Shown: positions 50,101-60,871 of the stretch, piece after piece
Numbering within the stretch: the stretch's first letter is position 1
How the letters are laid out: every line of letters starts with the position of its first letter
From: Lachnospiraceae bacterium
Lineage (GTDB): Bacteria > Bacillota > Clostridia > Lachnospirales > Lachnospiraceae
DNA length: 64,000 nt
Assembly (NCBI GenBank): GCA_045639565.1
Contig: JAZUDH010000092.1
Span: 29,466-93,465, forward strand
Direction of reading: 5' to 3'
The notes under the pieces: generated by a model
Told to the model about the DNA's origin: nothing
What the model saw: the letters and a program-made list of their open reading frames with translations, nothing else
Databases searched by the model: none
Translations under genes and position numbers: made by a program

Positions 50101-50325
50101 TCTAAGATTCAGACTATGCGTAAGGATTCTGGATTCGAAGTAATGGATCATATCAAGGTAGTTGTTGTAGGCAACGAAAAAATAGCAAATGTAGTATTAA
50201 AGAATAAAGATGCAATTGCAACTAAGGTATTAGCAGATAGCATCGAAGATAACGGTTCTCTTGCTAATATGAGAGAATGGAACGTTAATAGTGAAAATGT
50301 TACAATCGGAGTTGAAAAAATTTAA
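47173..50325 (+). CDS. ileS: Isoleucine--tRNA ligase, type 2 (long, eukaryote-like form)
   Basis: 1050 aa, with 'PTANGKPHIGHVLTR' (HIGH) and 'KMSKSKGN' (KMSKS). The length and C-terminal extension are typical of type-2 IleRS. Confidence 0.97.
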   Translation: MYKQVQTSMNFVEREKETLKFWNENNIFEKSMENRKEGPTYTFYDGPPTANGKPHIGHVLTRVIKDMIPRYRTMKGYMVPRKAGWDTHGLPVELEVEKLLGLNGKEQIEEYGMEPFIEKCKESVWKYKGMWEDFSGTVGFWADMNDPYVTYHDDYIESEWWALKEIWNKNLLYKGFKIVPYCPRCGTPLSTAEVSQGYKTVKERSAVVRFKCVGEDAYFLAWTTTPWTLPSNVALCVNPDETYVKVKAADGYTYYMAEALLDSVLGKLKTEDTAAYEILETYKGKDLEYREYEPLYACAAEVAKKQNKKGHFVTCDSYVTMSDGTGIVHIAPAFGEDDANVGRKYDLPFVQFVNGKGELTEETPYAGLFVKKADPEVLKDLDAEGKLFDAPKFEHEYPHCWRCDTPLIYYARESWYIKETAVRDDLIRNNNTVNWIPESIGKGRFGNWLENIQDWAISRNRYWGTPLNIWECECGHQECIGSRAELKERSGMDKADTVELHRPYIDEVTMKCPDCGGTMKRVPEVLDCWFDSGAMPFAQHHYPFENKELFESQFPAQFISEAVDQTRGWFHSLMAESTLLFNKAPYENVIVLGHVQDEHGQKMSKSKGNAVDPFDALEKYGADAIRWYFYINSAPWLPNRFHGDAVVEGQRKFMGTLWNTYAFFVLYANIDDFDATKYTLEYDKLPVMDKWLLSKLNTMVKDVDTNLENYRIPEAGRALDEFVDEMSNWYVRRSRERFWAKGMEQDKINAYMTLYTALVTVAKAAAPMIPFMADDIYRNLVCSINDKEPISVHLCDFPVCNDALVDAELEKNMDAVLKTVVMGRAARNTSNIKNRQPIAKMFVKAPFELSDFYKEIIEEELNVKDVVFTDDVREFTSYTFKPQLRTVGPKYGKQLGGIQKYLASVDGNAAMDVLKDKGVLSFDVDGTTVELKEEDLLINIAQKEGYVTEADNVETVVLDTNLTDELIEEGFVYEVISKIQTMRKDSGFEVMDHIKVVVVGNEKIANVVLKNKDAIATKVLADSIEDNGSLANMREWNVNSENVTIGVEKI

Positions 50326-50335
50326 ATAAAATTTA

Positions 50336-50367
50336 TGCAGGGTGGGAATACCTACCCTGCATTTCAG
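50336..50367 (+). terminator. Hairpin after ileS (weak T-tail)
   Basis: tgcagggtggg-aata-cctaccctgca followed by tttc. Confidence 0.5.
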
Positions 50368-50406
50368 ATATGATGTTGTTATCGATATCTGAGAGAGGGG
50401 AATTTT

Positions 50407-52866
50407 ATGAAGGAAAAGACACTCAAGTTTGACAAGGAATTGTTTAAGAGAAGCGTTTCCTACAATGTTAAGACTCTGTATCGCAAGACAATTGAGGAAG
50501 CGAACGATCAACAGATTTTTCAGGCTGTTGCACTATCAATAAAGGATCAGATTGTAGACCACTGGATGGATACCCAGAAGGCATACGAAGAAAAGGATCC
50601 TAAGATTGTGTACTACATGTCGATGGAATTTTTGATGGGACGTGCACTCGGCAACAACATTATTAACCTGAAAGCTTATAAAGATGTACAAGAAGCTTTA
50701 GACGAGTTAGGAATCAATTTAGATGTAGTAGAAGATCAAGAACCAGATGCAGCACTTGGAAACGGTGGTCTAGGCCGTTTAGCAGCATGCTTTCTAGAAT
50801 CTTTAACAACACTTGGATATCCCACATATGGATGTGGCATAAGATATAGATATGGTATGTTTAAGCAGGAAATTCGTGATGGATATCAGGTTGAAGTTCC
50901 GGATAACTGGCTTGAACACGGCAATCCTTTTGAGCTTAGACGTCCTGAGTATACTAAGGAGGTTCGCTTCGGTGGTTACACTACCTTCAAAGTAGATGAA
51001 AACGGCCGTGGACATTTTAGCCAGGAAGGATATCAGGCTGTAAATGCAATTCCATATGATGTTCCGGTTGTAGGATATGGAAATGGCATTGTTAACACAC
51101 TTAGAATCTGGGATGCTGAACCAGTTGAATGCTTCAAATTAGATTCTTTTGACAAGGGTGACTATCTGAAAGCTGTAGAACAGGCTAACCTTGCTCGTAA
51201 TATCGTAGAAGTACTCTACCCTAATGACAATCACTACGCTGGTAAAGAATTAAGACTCAAACAGCAGTATTTCTTTATATCAGCATCTGTTCAGGAAGCA
51301 GTAGCCAAGTATTTAAGAACTCATGATGATCTTCATAAGTTCTATGAAAAAGCTACCTTTCAGTTAAATGACACACACCCTACAGTAGCAGTAGCAGAAC
51401 TTATGCGCATACTTATGGATGAGTATAAATTTACATGGGATGAAGCATGGGATGTAACAACAAAAACTTGTGCTTACACTAACCATACTATTATGGCCGA
51501 AGCGCTTGAAAAGTGGCCTATTGACCTTTTCCAGCGTCTGCTTCCTCGTGTATATCAGATTATAGAAGAGATTAACCGTCGATTCATTATGGATATTGAA
51601 GCCAAATATCCCAATAACAGTGAAAAGATTCGTAAGATGGCTGTTATTTATGATGGACAGGTTAGAATGGCTAATCTCGCAATCGTAGCAGGCTATTCAG
51701 TAAACGGAGTAGCCAGACTTCACACTGAAATATTAAAGAATCAGGAACTTCATGATTTTTATGAAATGTTCCCTCTCAAATTTAATAATAAGACAAATGG
51801 TATTACTCAGAGACGTTTCTTATTACATGCTAATCCTTTGCTTAGTGACTTTGTTACAAAGCGTGTAGGAGACGAATGGATTACAGATCTTTGTGCCATA
51901 TCTAAGCTAAAGCCTTATGCTGACGACAAGAAGTCGCAGAAGGAATTTATGGAAATCAAATATGAAAATAAGGTAAGGCTGGCTAAGTATATCAAGGAAC
52001 ATAATGGAATCGATGTTGATCCAAAATCGATTTTTGACGTACAGGTTAAGAGACTGCATGAATATAAGAGACAGCTTTTGAATATCTTAGATGTAATGTA
52101 TTTGTACAACCAGTTAAAGGAAAATCCTTCAATGGATTTCTACCCCAGAACATTTATCTTTGGTGCCAAGGCAGCTGCCGGATATCGTACAGCTAAACAG
52201 ACTATTAAGCTTATTAACTCTGTAGCTGACGTAATAAATAATGATCCTTCGATTGGTGGCAAGATTAAGGTTGTATTCATCGAAAACTATCGCGTTTCCA
52301 ATGCTGAAATAATATTTGCTGCAAGTGATGTATCTGAACAGATATCTACAGCCAGCAAAGAAGCAAGTGGTACTGGTAACATGAAGTTTATGCTTAATGG
52401 TGCTATTACACTTGGAACAATGGATGGAGCCAACGTTGAAATCGTTGAAGAAGTAGGAGCAGAAAATGCTATGATTTTCGGTCTTTCTTCAGACGAAGTA
52501 ATAGGATATGAAAATTATGGCGGATACAACCCCATGGAAATATTCAACAACGACAGTGGTGTTCATAAGGTTCTTACTCAACTTGTTGATGGTACTTTCT
52601 CAAATGGCAATACTGAGGAGTTTAAATCATTATATAATTCACTTTTATATTCTGTAGATGGTGCAAGACCAGACAGATACTTTATCCTAAAGGATTTTAG
52701 ATCATATCATGATGCTAGAGAGAATTTAGCCAAGTGGTATGAAGATGAAAGTGAATGGGCTAGAAAAGCAATCCTGAATGTGGCTTGTTCTGGAAAGTTT
52801 AGTTCAGACCGTACAATTCAGGAATATGTGGATGAAATTTGGCACCTTACAAAGGTGACTCTATAG
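50407..52866 (+). CDS. glgP: Glycogen/maltodextrin phosphorylase
   Basis: 819 aa, with '[15 protein letters not shown]' and the PLP site '[15 protein letters not shown]'. Confidence 0.95.
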   Translation: MKEKTLKFDKELFKRSVSYNVKTLYRKTIEEANDQQIFQAVALSIKDQIVDHWMDTQKAYEEKDPKIVYYMSMEFLMGRALGNNIINLKAYKDVQEALDELGINLDVVEDQEPDAALGNGGLGRLAACFLESLTTLGYPTYGCGIRYRYGMFKQEIRDGYQVEVPDNWLEHGNPFELRRPEYTKEVRFGGYTTFKVDENGRGHFSQEGYQAVNAIPYDVPVVGYGNGIVNTLRIWDAEPVECFKLDSFDKGDYLKAVEQANLARNIVEVLYPNDNHYAGKELRLKQQYFFISASVQEAVAKYLRTHDDLHKFYEKATFQLNDTHPTVAVAELMRILMDEYKFTWDEAWDVTTKTCAYTNHTIMAEALEKWPIDLFQRLLPRVYQIIEEINRRFIMDIEAKYPNNSEKIRKMAVIYDGQVRMANLAIVAGYSVNGVARLHTEILKNQELHDFYEMFPLKFNNKTNGITQRRFLLHANPLLSDFVTKRVGDEWITDLCAISKLKPYADDKKSQKEFMEIKYENKVRLAKYIKEHNGIDVDPKSIFDVQVKRLHEYKRQLLNILDVMYLYNQLKENPSMDFYPRTFIFGAKAAAGYRTAKQTIKLINSVADVINNDPSIGGKIKVVFIENYRVSNAEIIFAASDVSEQISTASKEASGTGNMKFMLNGAITLGTMDGANVEIVEEVGAENAMIFGLSSDEVIGYENYGGYNPMEIFNNDSGVHKVLTQLVDGTFSNGNTEEFKSLYNSLLYSVDGARPDRYFILKDFRSYHDARENLAKWYEDESEWARKAILNVACSGKFSSDRTIQEYVDEIWHLTKVTL

Positions 52867-52886
52867 GAGAGAGGGAGAATTTGCCC

Positions 52887-55166
52887 ATGATTAAATTACA
52901 TGATAAGGGAGTATTTTTGCTAAACGGTGTGGAGCTATTACCAGAGGACGCACCTAAAGCAGCTTCATATTCCAAAGAAGAAGCAGTGAAAGGGACAATG
53001 GCGTATGGTATTTTAAGCGCCCACAACAAATCAGGTAATATGGATAAGCTTAGGATTAAGTTTGATAAGCTTACTTCACATGACATTACCTTCGTAGGAA
53101 TTATTCAGACTGCAAGAGCATCTGGATTAACAAAATTTCCTATTCCTTATGTACTTACAAACTGCCACAATTCTCTTTGCGCAGTAGGCGGTACAATTAA
53201 TGAAGATGACCACATGTTTGGACTATCTTGTGCTAAAAAATATGGTGGTATTTACGTACCCCCTCATCAGGCAGTTATCCATCAGTTCGCAAGGGAAATG
53301 CTTGCTGAAGCTGGTGCAATGATTTTAGGTTCTGATTCGCACACCAGATATGGTGCTTTAGGTACCATGGCTGTAGGTGAAGGCGGACCTGAATTGGTTA
53401 AGCAGTTATTAAGCCAGACATATGATATCAACAGACCTAACGTAGTAGGTGTATATCTTACAGGAGAGCCTGTAAAGGGCGTAGGTCCTCAGGACGTAGC
53501 TTTAGCTATTATCGGAGCTGTATTCGCAAATGGCTATGTTAATAACAAGGTTATGGAATTTGTAGGACCTGGTGTAAAGAATCTTTCAGCAGATTTCAGA
53601 ATTGGTATCGATGTAATGACTACTGAAACTACATGTCTGTCATCTATCTGGACTACTGACGAAAAGATTGAAGAGTTTTATGCAATTCATGGCCGAACAG
53701 ACGCATATAAGAAGCTTGATCCTGCTGATGTTGCTTACTATGAAGGAATGATTGAGGTTGATCTTTCTAAGATTAGACCTATGATTGCTATGCCATTCCA
53801 TCCTAGCAATGTTTATACAATTGAAGAGGTTAATAAAAACCTTAAGGATGTACTGCATGATGTTGAAGAACGAGCTAAGGTTAGCTTCGGAGACAAGGTA
53901 AACTATTCGCTTCAGGACAAGATTCGCGATGGAAAGCTATATGTTGAGCAGGGTATCATTGCTGGTTGTGCTGGCGGTGGATTTGAAAACATCTGCGCAG
54001 CTGCAGATATCTTAGATGATGCTTACACAGGTGCTGATGAGTTTACACTAAGCGTTTATCCTGCATCTACTCCTGTTTATATGGAATTGGTTAAGAACGG
54101 AAGCGTAGCTAAGCTTATGAAGGCTGGTGCAATTGTAAAAACTGCATTCTGTGGACCTTGCTTTGGCGCTGGTGATACACCTTCTAACAACGCATTTAGC
54201 ATTAGACATTCTACTCGTAACTTCCCTAACAGAGAGGGTTCTAAGATTCAGAATGGTCAGATTGCTTCAGTTGCACTTATGGATGCTAGATCTATTGCTG
54301 CTACAGCAGCTAATAAGGGCTTCCTTACTCCTGCGACAGAGGTTGACAAAGAACTTAAGAAATACAAGTACTATTTTGATAAATCAATATATGAGAACCG
54401 AGTATTTGATTCTCATGGAGTAGCTGATCCAGATCAGGAAATCAAGATGGGTCCTAATATTAAGGACTGGCCTAAGATGGTTGCATTAACAGATAACTTG
54501 CTTTTAAAGGTTGTATCTGAGATTCATGATCCTGTTACTACAACAGACGAACTTATTCCATCAGGTGAGACATCATCATACCGTTCTAATCCTTTGGGAC
54601 TGGCTGAGTTTACACTTTCTCGTAAGGACCCAGAATATGTAGGTAAAGCTAAAGAAGTTCAAAAAGCTGAATATGCAAGAAGAGAGTCTCTTGAAGGTGG
54701 AAACACCAAGCCTTGTCAGGAGCTTCCTGAACTTCACGAGGTTATGGCCAAGGTAAGAACTAAATTCCCTGATGCTAACCACACTAATTTTGGTATAGGT
54801 TCAACAATCTTTGCTGTTAAGCCTGGAGATGGTTCGGCAAGAGAACAGGCTGCAAGCTGCCAGAAGGTACTAGGTGGATGGGCTAATATCGCTAATGAAT
54901 ATGCTACCAAGAGATATCGTTCAAACCTCATTAACTGGGGTATGTTACCTTTCTTAATTGAAAAGGGTGAGCTATCATTCACAAATGGAGACTATATTTA
55001 CATTCCTGGAATTAAGGATGCAGTAAAGAATAAAGATAGCGTAATTAAAGCATATGCAGTTAAGGAAGAAGGCCTTAAGGAATTTGATTTAAGACTCGGT
55101 GAATTGACTGACGAAGAAAGAGAAATCATTTTAAAGGGTTGCTTAATTAATTATAATGCTGTATAA
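52887..55166 (+). CDS. Aconitate hydratase (clostridial-type aconitase family protein)
   Basis: Start moved to MIKLHDKG. Has '[14 protein letters not shown]', 'CGPCFGAG' and a C-terminal swivel domain '[17 protein letters not shown]'. Confidence 0.9.
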   Translation: MIKLHDKGVFLLNGVELLPEDAPKAASYSKEEAVKGTMAYGILSAHNKSGNMDKLRIKFDKLTSHDITFVGIIQTARASGLTKFPIPYVLTNCHNSLCAVGGTINEDDHMFGLSCAKKYGGIYVPPHQAVIHQFAREMLAEAGAMILGSDSHTRYGALGTMAVGEGGPELVKQLLSQTYDINRPNVVGVYLTGEPVKGVGPQDVALAIIGAVFANGYVNNKVMEFVGPGVKNLSADFRIGIDVMTTETTCLSSIWTTDEKIEEFYAIHGRTDAYKKLDPADVAYYEGMIEVDLSKIRPMIAMPFHPSNVYTIEEVNKNLKDVLHDVEERAKVSFGDKVNYSLQDKIRDGKLYVEQGIIAGCAGGGFENICAAADILDDAYTGADEFTLSVYPASTPVYMELVKNGSVAKLMKAGAIVKTAFCGPCFGAGDTPSNNAFSIRHSTRNFPNREGSKIQNGQIASVALMDARSIAATAANKGFLTPATEVDKELKKYKYYFDKSIYENRVFDSHGVADPDQEIKMGPNIKDWPKMVALTDNLLLKVVSEIHDPVTTTDELIPSGETSSYRSNPLGLAEFTLSRKDPEYVGKAKEVQKAEYARRESLEGGNTKPCQELPELHEVMAKVRTKFPDANHTNFGIGSTIFAVKPGDGSAREQAASCQKVLGGWANIANEYATKRYRSNLINWGMLPFLIEKGELSFTNGDYIYIPGIKDAVKNKDSVIKAYAVKEEGLKEFDLRLGELTDEEREIILKGCLINYNAV

Positions 55167-55173
55167 ATCATTA

Positions 55174-55208
55174 ATCCCGCAGGATAACATCCTGCGGGAT
55201 ATTTTTTT
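55174..55208. terminator. Bidirectional intrinsic terminator
   Basis: atcccgcaggat-aac-atcctgcgggat followed by a T7 run. Confidence 0.75.
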
Positions 55209-55210
55209 AC

Positions 55211-56356
55211 TTATGATACTAAATCTACGTGCTGAGTAGTGCCTACATTACCATTCTCATATAAAAAGATTCCAGTTTTTCTAATAAAGCCGTTAACTTC
55301 GTTATTATCCTCGGAACGAAGTGCCATATTTGTGTCGGCACTTCCTAGGAAAATAGCACCCACGCCTTTGTCTTTTAACGAATATAGGCAATCATTACCT
55401 AAGCTGTCTTTGACCCAGATTTTTAGTTTATCAAAAATCTCATCATTTTCATCAATCCAACCGTTACCATCTAAATCGTACTGCGCAAGATCCTTGTAGC
55501 CGTCACCTGACTTGGTTCCAAAAAGCTCTGAACCATCATTGATCCTACCATCGCCGTTCTTGTCGAGCGCTATAAATCCGCTGTGACTGTCAAGTGATGA
55601 TATTTCTTCCTCAACGCCATCTGCATCAAGATCGAAAAAGAACTTCATATCTGTAAGTCCGGATGGTGCATCGTCAAAGTTGATCACTAAAGGATCTATA
55701 CAAGATAGGGCATCAAGATTAACATACTGACTCGTGTAAGAAGTAAAGGATCGAGACATACTAATGCTTAGATCCACATCAATTGAGCGCCCGTCTGCGG
55801 TCTTTACGATACCCTTAGCGTCAAAAGAAAAAGCTTCACTCTCAGTATAAATTGATTCAGTTACTGTAGAAACGTTGATATTAGTCATAGGAATATCGTT
55901 GTAAATGACTTCATCTGAACCTGAGTCTGAATCATTTGCATCGATAGCCTCTTCACAGGTCTTTTTAGCTTTTCTGTTTCCAAATAGTAACTCTAAAATG
56001 TTCTTCATCATTAGCTGATGAAGCTTTTGAAATTTGGTTGCAACATCATCGGAACTTCTGATCACACTTTTCGTAAGCGGGGATCTTCGTTCTAAACGAT
56101 CCATCGCTTTGGCGAGTGTGTCCTTTTCTGATGCTTCAGCCGGCTTGGCTGCCTCAGCATTTTCCTCAGTTGAATTTTCACTGTTATTCTGAGCTCTTGA
56201 ATTAGTAAGCCCATTATTAGATAACAGATCGGTAAATGATGAGAGCTGACCTCCTGTCATAGCTGTGCCTCTAACCACTACACTGCGGGAAGACACAGAA
56301 GACGACGTAAATTGTCGTGCGGATTCCATTCCTATGTTGTAGGAATCGATTTTCAA
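55211..56356 (-). CDS. Hypothetical protein with EF-hand/dockerin-like Ca-binding loops
   Basis: 381 aa with a TTG start after AGGAGG. Has a low-complexity S/N/E-rich N-terminal half and the loops 'DLDADGVEEE', 'DKNGDGRINDGSELFG' and 'DLDGNGWIDENDEIF'. No obvious signal peptide. Confidence 0.65.
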   Translation of the reverse strand: MKIDSYNIGMESARQFTSSSVSSRSVVVRGTAMTGGQLSSFTDLLSNNGLTNSRAQNNSENSTEENAEAAKPAEASEKDTLAKAMDRLERRSPLTKSVIRSSDDVATKFQKLHQLMMKNILELLFGNRKAKKTCEEAIDANDSDSGSDEVIYNDIPMTNINVSTVTESIYTESEAFSFDAKGIVKTADGRSIDVDLSISMSRSFTSYTSQYVNLDALSCIDPLVINFDDAPSGLTDMKFFFDLDADGVEEEISSLDSHSGFIALDKNGDGRINDGSELFGTKSGDGYKDLAQYDLDGNGWIDENDEIFDKLKIWVKDSLGNDCLYSLKDKGVGAIFLGSADTNMALRSEDNNEVNGFIRKTGIFLYENGNVGTTQHVDLVS

Positions 56357-56516
56357 ATAATACCTCCTTTAAATAAAAATAGACCTATGAAGCGGGGGTT
56401 CCTACCCAATTCATACGTCCGTGTACTATGTATATCGGCCCTATCAATAATTAGTTTACCCTTAAGTTTATTTTTAAGAATTGAGGTTGTATAATAATAT
56501 CGAATTGGAGAACGAA

Positions 56517-57983
56517 ATGCATAAAAAAGTAAATGTCGACAAGTTAATATTGCTATTGATAATAAGCGTATGTTTTGTGTGCGGTTGTGGGGAAAAGACT
56601 GTAATAGAGACATATGTTCAAATGGAAAAGATTGTTGAAGAAGAACCTTCAAAGGGCAGCATGCTCCAAGAGGCTGAACTTGCATATGAGATTCCTGTTA
56701 TGGTTCCTAGTATTTTGGTAGACCAGAAAGGTTATGATGTTACAGAAACGAAGCTTGCGATAATCGAAACGAAAATACTTCCAGCAGCATTTACAGTTGT
56801 CGATTCTGACAGTGGCGATGATGTTTTTAAGGGACGAGTTAAAAAAGTAAAATGTTTTGAGGATGATGAGTTACTAACTGGTATATGTGATTTTAGCGAA
56901 TTAGATACTACAGGAAAGTATTACATTAAGGCAGACATTATTGGAACATCCCTTGAATTTGAGATAAGTGAGAATCATTATGAAAAGCAGATGAAGGATG
57001 CATATTTGCAATTTGAGAATTTTAAATGCAAATGTTATGACACGTCTGTCGGTTTGGAAAGTAACCAAGACATATTACTCGATGTTTCAGGAGGATATCA
57101 TACCGATTATACTGGAAAAAAAGATGTATACGAAGGCTGTTTAAGCGTTTTAGACCTTCTGTCAAGCTATGAGTTTAATAAGAAAGGCTATACGGATAAT
57201 TGTTCTTTTGACAAAGGAAGTAACAATATTCCAGACGTCCTTGATCTTGCAGAATATGAAGTTGAATGGTTATTGAAAATGCAGAACACCGAAACGGGAG
57301 CAGTATATTCCGCGGTTATTCGAAATGATTCAGGCGATTCTGTGATAATAGGAGAAACCACAAATGCAACTGCTATGTTTTGTGCAGCTATGGCTAAGAG
57401 TGCAATGGGATTAAAGCAAGCCTATCCTGAGACAGCTAAGAAATGTACTAGTGCAGCTAATAAAGCTTGGAAATGTATTGAGGCTAATAAAGCTTTAGTT
57501 ACAGATGAGTTTATGTTTAGAGCCGCCGTGGAGATGTATAAGCTTACTGGATATGGAGCATATGATACGGTGATTTCTGAATATCTGAAGGATAATGCAG
57601 ACAAAGAATATAACAGTAGAATCATCCTTGATGGTGCAATCAGTTACATGTCAACAGCAAGAAAAACTGATACAAAAGCCTGCAGTACTCTGATGAATCA
57701 TTTTATGTCTAGAACAGAGGATAAGGCCACTAGTGCGTCAAACTCTAGATACTACGTAGAAAGTGGCGAATATACTGCCGATGAACTGCTTAGAAATGCT
57801 TATGAATTAACAATTGTCGATTATACAATATCAAGCACGGAATATACCAAACTAGAAAAAAACTACCTCCATTATTTAGGAGGTAGAAATAAAGAAAACA
57901 ATGTTTATATAAATGAATTGTCAGGCTTAGATTCTTATGCTGAACTTATTGCCTTGACTACAATGATACATTACAAAAAGTGA
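56517..57983 (+). CDS. Lipoprotein with a GH9-like N-terminal Ig domain plus a (alpha/alpha)6-like domain, with an apparently degenerate active site
   Basis: Start moved to MHKKVNVDKL. Lipobox 'FVCGCG'. 'ILVDQKGYDVTETKLAIIE...FTVVD...GKYYIKAD...LEFEIS' resembles the CelD_N Ig domain. 'DVSGGYHTDYTGKK' stands where GH9 enzymes have 'GGW(Y/H)DAGDH'. Confidence 0.55.
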   Translation: MHKKVNVDKLILLLIISVCFVCGCGEKTVIETYVQMEKIVEEEPSKGSMLQEAELAYEIPVMVPSILVDQKGYDVTETKLAIIETKILPAAFTVVDSDSGDDVFKGRVKKVKCFEDDELLTGICDFSELDTTGKYYIKADIIGTSLEFEISENHYEKQMKDAYLQFENFKCKCYDTSVGLESNQDILLDVSGGYHTDYTGKKDVYEGCLSVLDLLSSYEFNKKGYTDNCSFDKGSNNIPDVLDLAEYEVEWLLKMQNTETGAVYSAVIRNDSGDSVIIGETTNATAMFCAAMAKSAMGLKQAYPETAKKCTSAANKAWKCIEANKALVTDEFMFRAAVEMYKLTGYGAYDTVISEYLKDNADKEYNSRIILDGAISYMSTARKTDTKACSTLMNHFMSRTEDKATSASNSRYYVESGEYTADELLRNAYELTIVDYTISSTEYTKLEKNYLHYLGGRNKENNVYINELSGLDSYAELIALTTMIHYKK

Positions 57984-57985
57984 AA

Positions 57986-58732
57986 TTATGCTTCCTGGTT
58001 TCTTGTATAAGCATTTACAATTGCTTCATGAGCTAGGGAGCTTACATGCTTTTTGTCATCCTTTGATAGCGATGCCATATCGATTGGAGCACAATACTCA
58101 ACACATACATGGGTTGGCTTAATCTTTGGAAGGTGTTTTTCAAAGATTTCATCGGTGTGATTCATACACACAGGAATAATAATGCAGTTAGCTTTTTCTG
58201 CAATCTTAAAGCTTCCATCTCTGAATGCCTGCAAAGGGTCATCTGTTTTATTTCGTGTTCCTTCAGGGAAAATAGTAATACTAGTACCATCTTTAATTAG
58301 TTCAGCACATTTGTTGATTACCTTAAGACCAGCTCGCAAATCTTTTCTGTCTAAAAACTGGCAGTTCATAAGTGACATCCATGTACTAAAAACAGGCACC
58401 TTGCGAATTTCTTTTTTGGCTACAAAGCCGACCTGTTTTCTGGCAAAAGCATAGCCTATGACTATATCAAAAATACTACGATGATTTGGTACAAACAAAA
58501 CTGGTTTGTCTGTAGGAATGTTTTCCTCCCCCTTAATGGTTACCTTAGAACCACTTATGAAGAACACTACCCTAAAAGCTGCAGATACAATTGCCTGCGA
58601 GGATTTAGCGCTTGCCTTAGGCCATTTCAGGCTGATTAACCATTCAACAAAAATAACAGGTATAGAAAGTATCAGAAAAATAATTACAAACAACACCTCT
58701 AAAATAAATCTAATCATGGTAAATACTTCCAT
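57986..58732 (-). CDS. plsC: 1-acyl-sn-glycerol-3-phosphate acyltransferase
   Basis: 248 aa with an N-terminal TM helix, the 'PNHRSIFD' HX4D motif and 'IFPEGTRN'. The start codon (58732 or 58717) is uncertain. Confidence 0.88.
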   Translation of the reverse strand: MEVFTMIRFILEVLFVIIFLILSIPVIFVEWLISLKWPKASAKSSQAIVSAAFRVVFFISGSKVTIKGEENIPTDKPVLFVPNHRSIFDIVIGYAFARKQVGFVAKKEIRKVPVFSTWMSLMNCQFLDRKDLRAGLKVINKCAELIKDGTSITIFPEGTRNKTDDPLQAFRDGSFKIAEKANCIIIPVCMNHTDEIFEKHLPKIKPTHVCVEYCAPIDMASLSKDDKKHVSSLAHEAIVNAYTRNQEA

Positions 58733-58830
58733 TTCACAAAAAACTTTACATTAAAGATACACTAAATACGCTATTCCATGCAACCTCAAAAAATGGTACA
58801 CTTCTAGTAAAAATGATGAAATGAGTGTGA

Positions 58831-60108
58831 TTGAGCAACATGATAAGAATTCAAAATGCCACAAGGTATGATGTCTTGACTGGAACTAAGAGCGTAGTTA
58901 GCATTGAAATCGATAGCGGTATCATTACAAGAGTAAGTGACACCCCATTTGAAGCATCGGACGTTCCGACAATTGATGCAAAAGGAATGATACTGACTCA
59001 AGGCTTTTGCGATGTCCATGTTCACTTTAGAGACCCTGGATTTACTCACAAAGAAGATATATATACTGGGGCAGCAGCTTCTTTGGCAGGAGGCTATACG
59101 GATGTTGTGATGATGGCTAATACTAAGCCTGCAATAGACAATTTGGAAACTCTTAAGTATGTGTTAGAAAAGGGCGAGGAAACAAAACTTAATATCCATG
59201 CGTGTGCTACGGTTACAAAGGATTTAAAGGGACTTGAGCTGACTGACATGAAGCTCCTATATGATAATGGGGCAATTGGCTTTACTGACGATGGTATTCC
59301 ATTAATGGATGAGACTCTTTTGGAAAAAGCATTGATTAAGGCAAAAGAACTAGATGTTCCTATTAGTCTTCATGAAGAGGATAAAACGCTTATTTCAGAG
59401 AACGGAATTAATAGAGGGAAAGCTTCTATGCATTTTGGAATAGGTGGTTCTCCTAGCATTGCTGAAAGCTCGCTGATTGAAAGAGATGTTGAACTTGCTA
59501 TTAAAACTGGAGCAAAGCTAAATATTCAGCATATTAGCACTAAAGCTGGAGTAATGGCTGTAAAAGCGGCCAAAGAAAAGTGTGATAATGTATATGCAGA
59601 GGTAACGCCACATCATATTGCGCTTACAGAGGATGCAACAATTGAATTTGGGTCTAATGCTAAGATGAATCCTCCACTTCGAACAGAGGAAGATAGACAG
59701 GCCATCCTCAAGGGAATAAAAGACGGTGTCATTACCATGATTGCAACAGATCATGCGCCACACACAAGTGAGGAAAAGAGTGGAGAGATTACAAAGACAC
59801 CTTCTGGAATAATCGGAATAGAGACAGCATTTTCGATTGCATATGAGGAGCTTGTGCTTAAGTATGGAATGGAATTAATGGATGTATTAAAGCTTCTTTC
59901 GCTCAATCCCAGACGACTTTACAAGTTGCCTGTAAATGAGCTAAAAGAAGGCTCAAAAGCTGAATTTGTACTAATTGATTTAGATGAAGAATGGGTATTT
60001 GAGAATCCTGTATCTAAATCATGCAATTCACCTTTTATCGGAAAAACGATGAAGGGTAAGATTAAATATACTTTCTGCAAGGGAGATATAGCATATGAAA
60101 ACGTTTGA
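58831..60108 (+). CDS. pyrC: Dihydroorotase
   Basis: 425 aa, with 'DVHVHFRDPG' and 'IATDHAPH'. The start is uncertain: TTG at 58831 or ATG at 58840. Confidence 0.9.
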   Translation: MSNMIRIQNATRYDVLTGTKSVVSIEIDSGIITRVSDTPFEASDVPTIDAKGMILTQGFCDVHVHFRDPGFTHKEDIYTGAAASLAGGYTDVVMMANTKPAIDNLETLKYVLEKGEETKLNIHACATVTKDLKGLELTDMKLLYDNGAIGFTDDGIPLMDETLLEKALIKAKELDVPISLHEEDKTLISENGINRGKASMHFGIGGSPSIAESSLIERDVELAIKTGAKLNIQHISTKAGVMAVKAAKEKCDNVYAEVTPHHIALTEDATIEFGSNAKMNPPLRTEEDRQAILKGIKDGVITMIATDHAPHTSEEKSGEITKTPSGIIGIETAFSIAYEELVLKYGMELMDVLKLLSLNPRRLYKLPVNELKEGSKAEFVLIDLDEEWVFENPVSKSCNSPFIGKTMKGKIKYTFCKGDIAYENV

Positions 60109-60871
60109 ATCTTGTAAGGTTCTTAAATCAGAGGCACTTTTGCCAGGAATATACGAGCTTGTGCTTAAGACAAAGGCTAGCAAGGCATCATTTCCTGGCC
60201 AGTTTGTGATGGTATATCCTAGAAGTAAGGATACTATCCTTCCTAGACCTATAAGTATTTGCGAAATTGATAAAGAAGCTGAAACACTCCGCCTGGTTTA
60301 CCGAGTAGCCGGAAAGGGAACAAAAGAATTTTCAATGTATTCTGCGGGCGATGAGGTAAAGGTTTTAGGACCTGTAGGAAATGGATTTCCATTAAAAGAA
60401 GCTGAGGGTAAGAATGTAGTATTAATCGGTGGAGGAATTGGTGTTCCGCCTATTTTAGAGCTTGTAAAAGAAATCAATGCGGCTAAGGTTAGCGTATTAG
60501 TAGGATATAGAGATGTTAATAATATGTTCCTAAAGGAAGAGTTTGAAAAAACTGCTACAACATATATAGCAACTGATGATGGAAGCTATGGAACAAAGGG
60601 AAACGTAATGACTGCATTAAAAGAGCAGAATATTCCATGTGATGTAATTTATGCATGTGGTCCTATGCCTATGCTAAGAGCTATAAAGGAATATGCTAAG
60701 ACTAATAATATTAAGGCATATATTTCGCTTGAAGAACGAATGGCATGTGGCGTGGGTGCTTGCTTAGGATGCGTATGCAAGACAACAAAAAAGGACGAAC
60801 ATTCACATGTTAATAATGCAAGAGTGTGTACTGAAGGTCCTGTATTTGAAGCCGAGGAGGTGGAAATTTAA
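60095..60871 (+). CDS. pyrK: Dihydroorotate dehydrogenase electron-transfer subunit
   Basis: 258 aa with an FAD/NAD-binding fold and the C-terminal 2Fe-2S motif 'CGVGACLGCVC...C'. Confidence 0.9.
   Translation: MKTFESCKVLKSEALLPGIYELVLKTKASKASFPGQFVMVYPRSKDTILPRPISICEIDKEAETLRLVYRVAGKGTKEFSMYSAGDEVKVLGPVGNGFPLKEAEGKNVVLIGGGIGVPPILELVKEINAAKVSVLVGYRDVNNMFLKEEFEKTATTYIATDDGSYGTKGNVMTALKEQNIPCDVIYACGPMPMLRAIKEYAKTNNIKAYISLEERMACGVGACLGCVCKTTKKDEHSHVNNARVCTEGPVFEAEEVEI

Noticed and set aside
47173-50325. Type-2 IleRS as evidence of acquired mupirocin resistance.
   Set aside because: The gene sits behind a normal Ile T-box leader in a core context with no flanking mobile DNA. Type-2 IleRS is the native enzyme in many lineages, so nothing here indicates acquisition.
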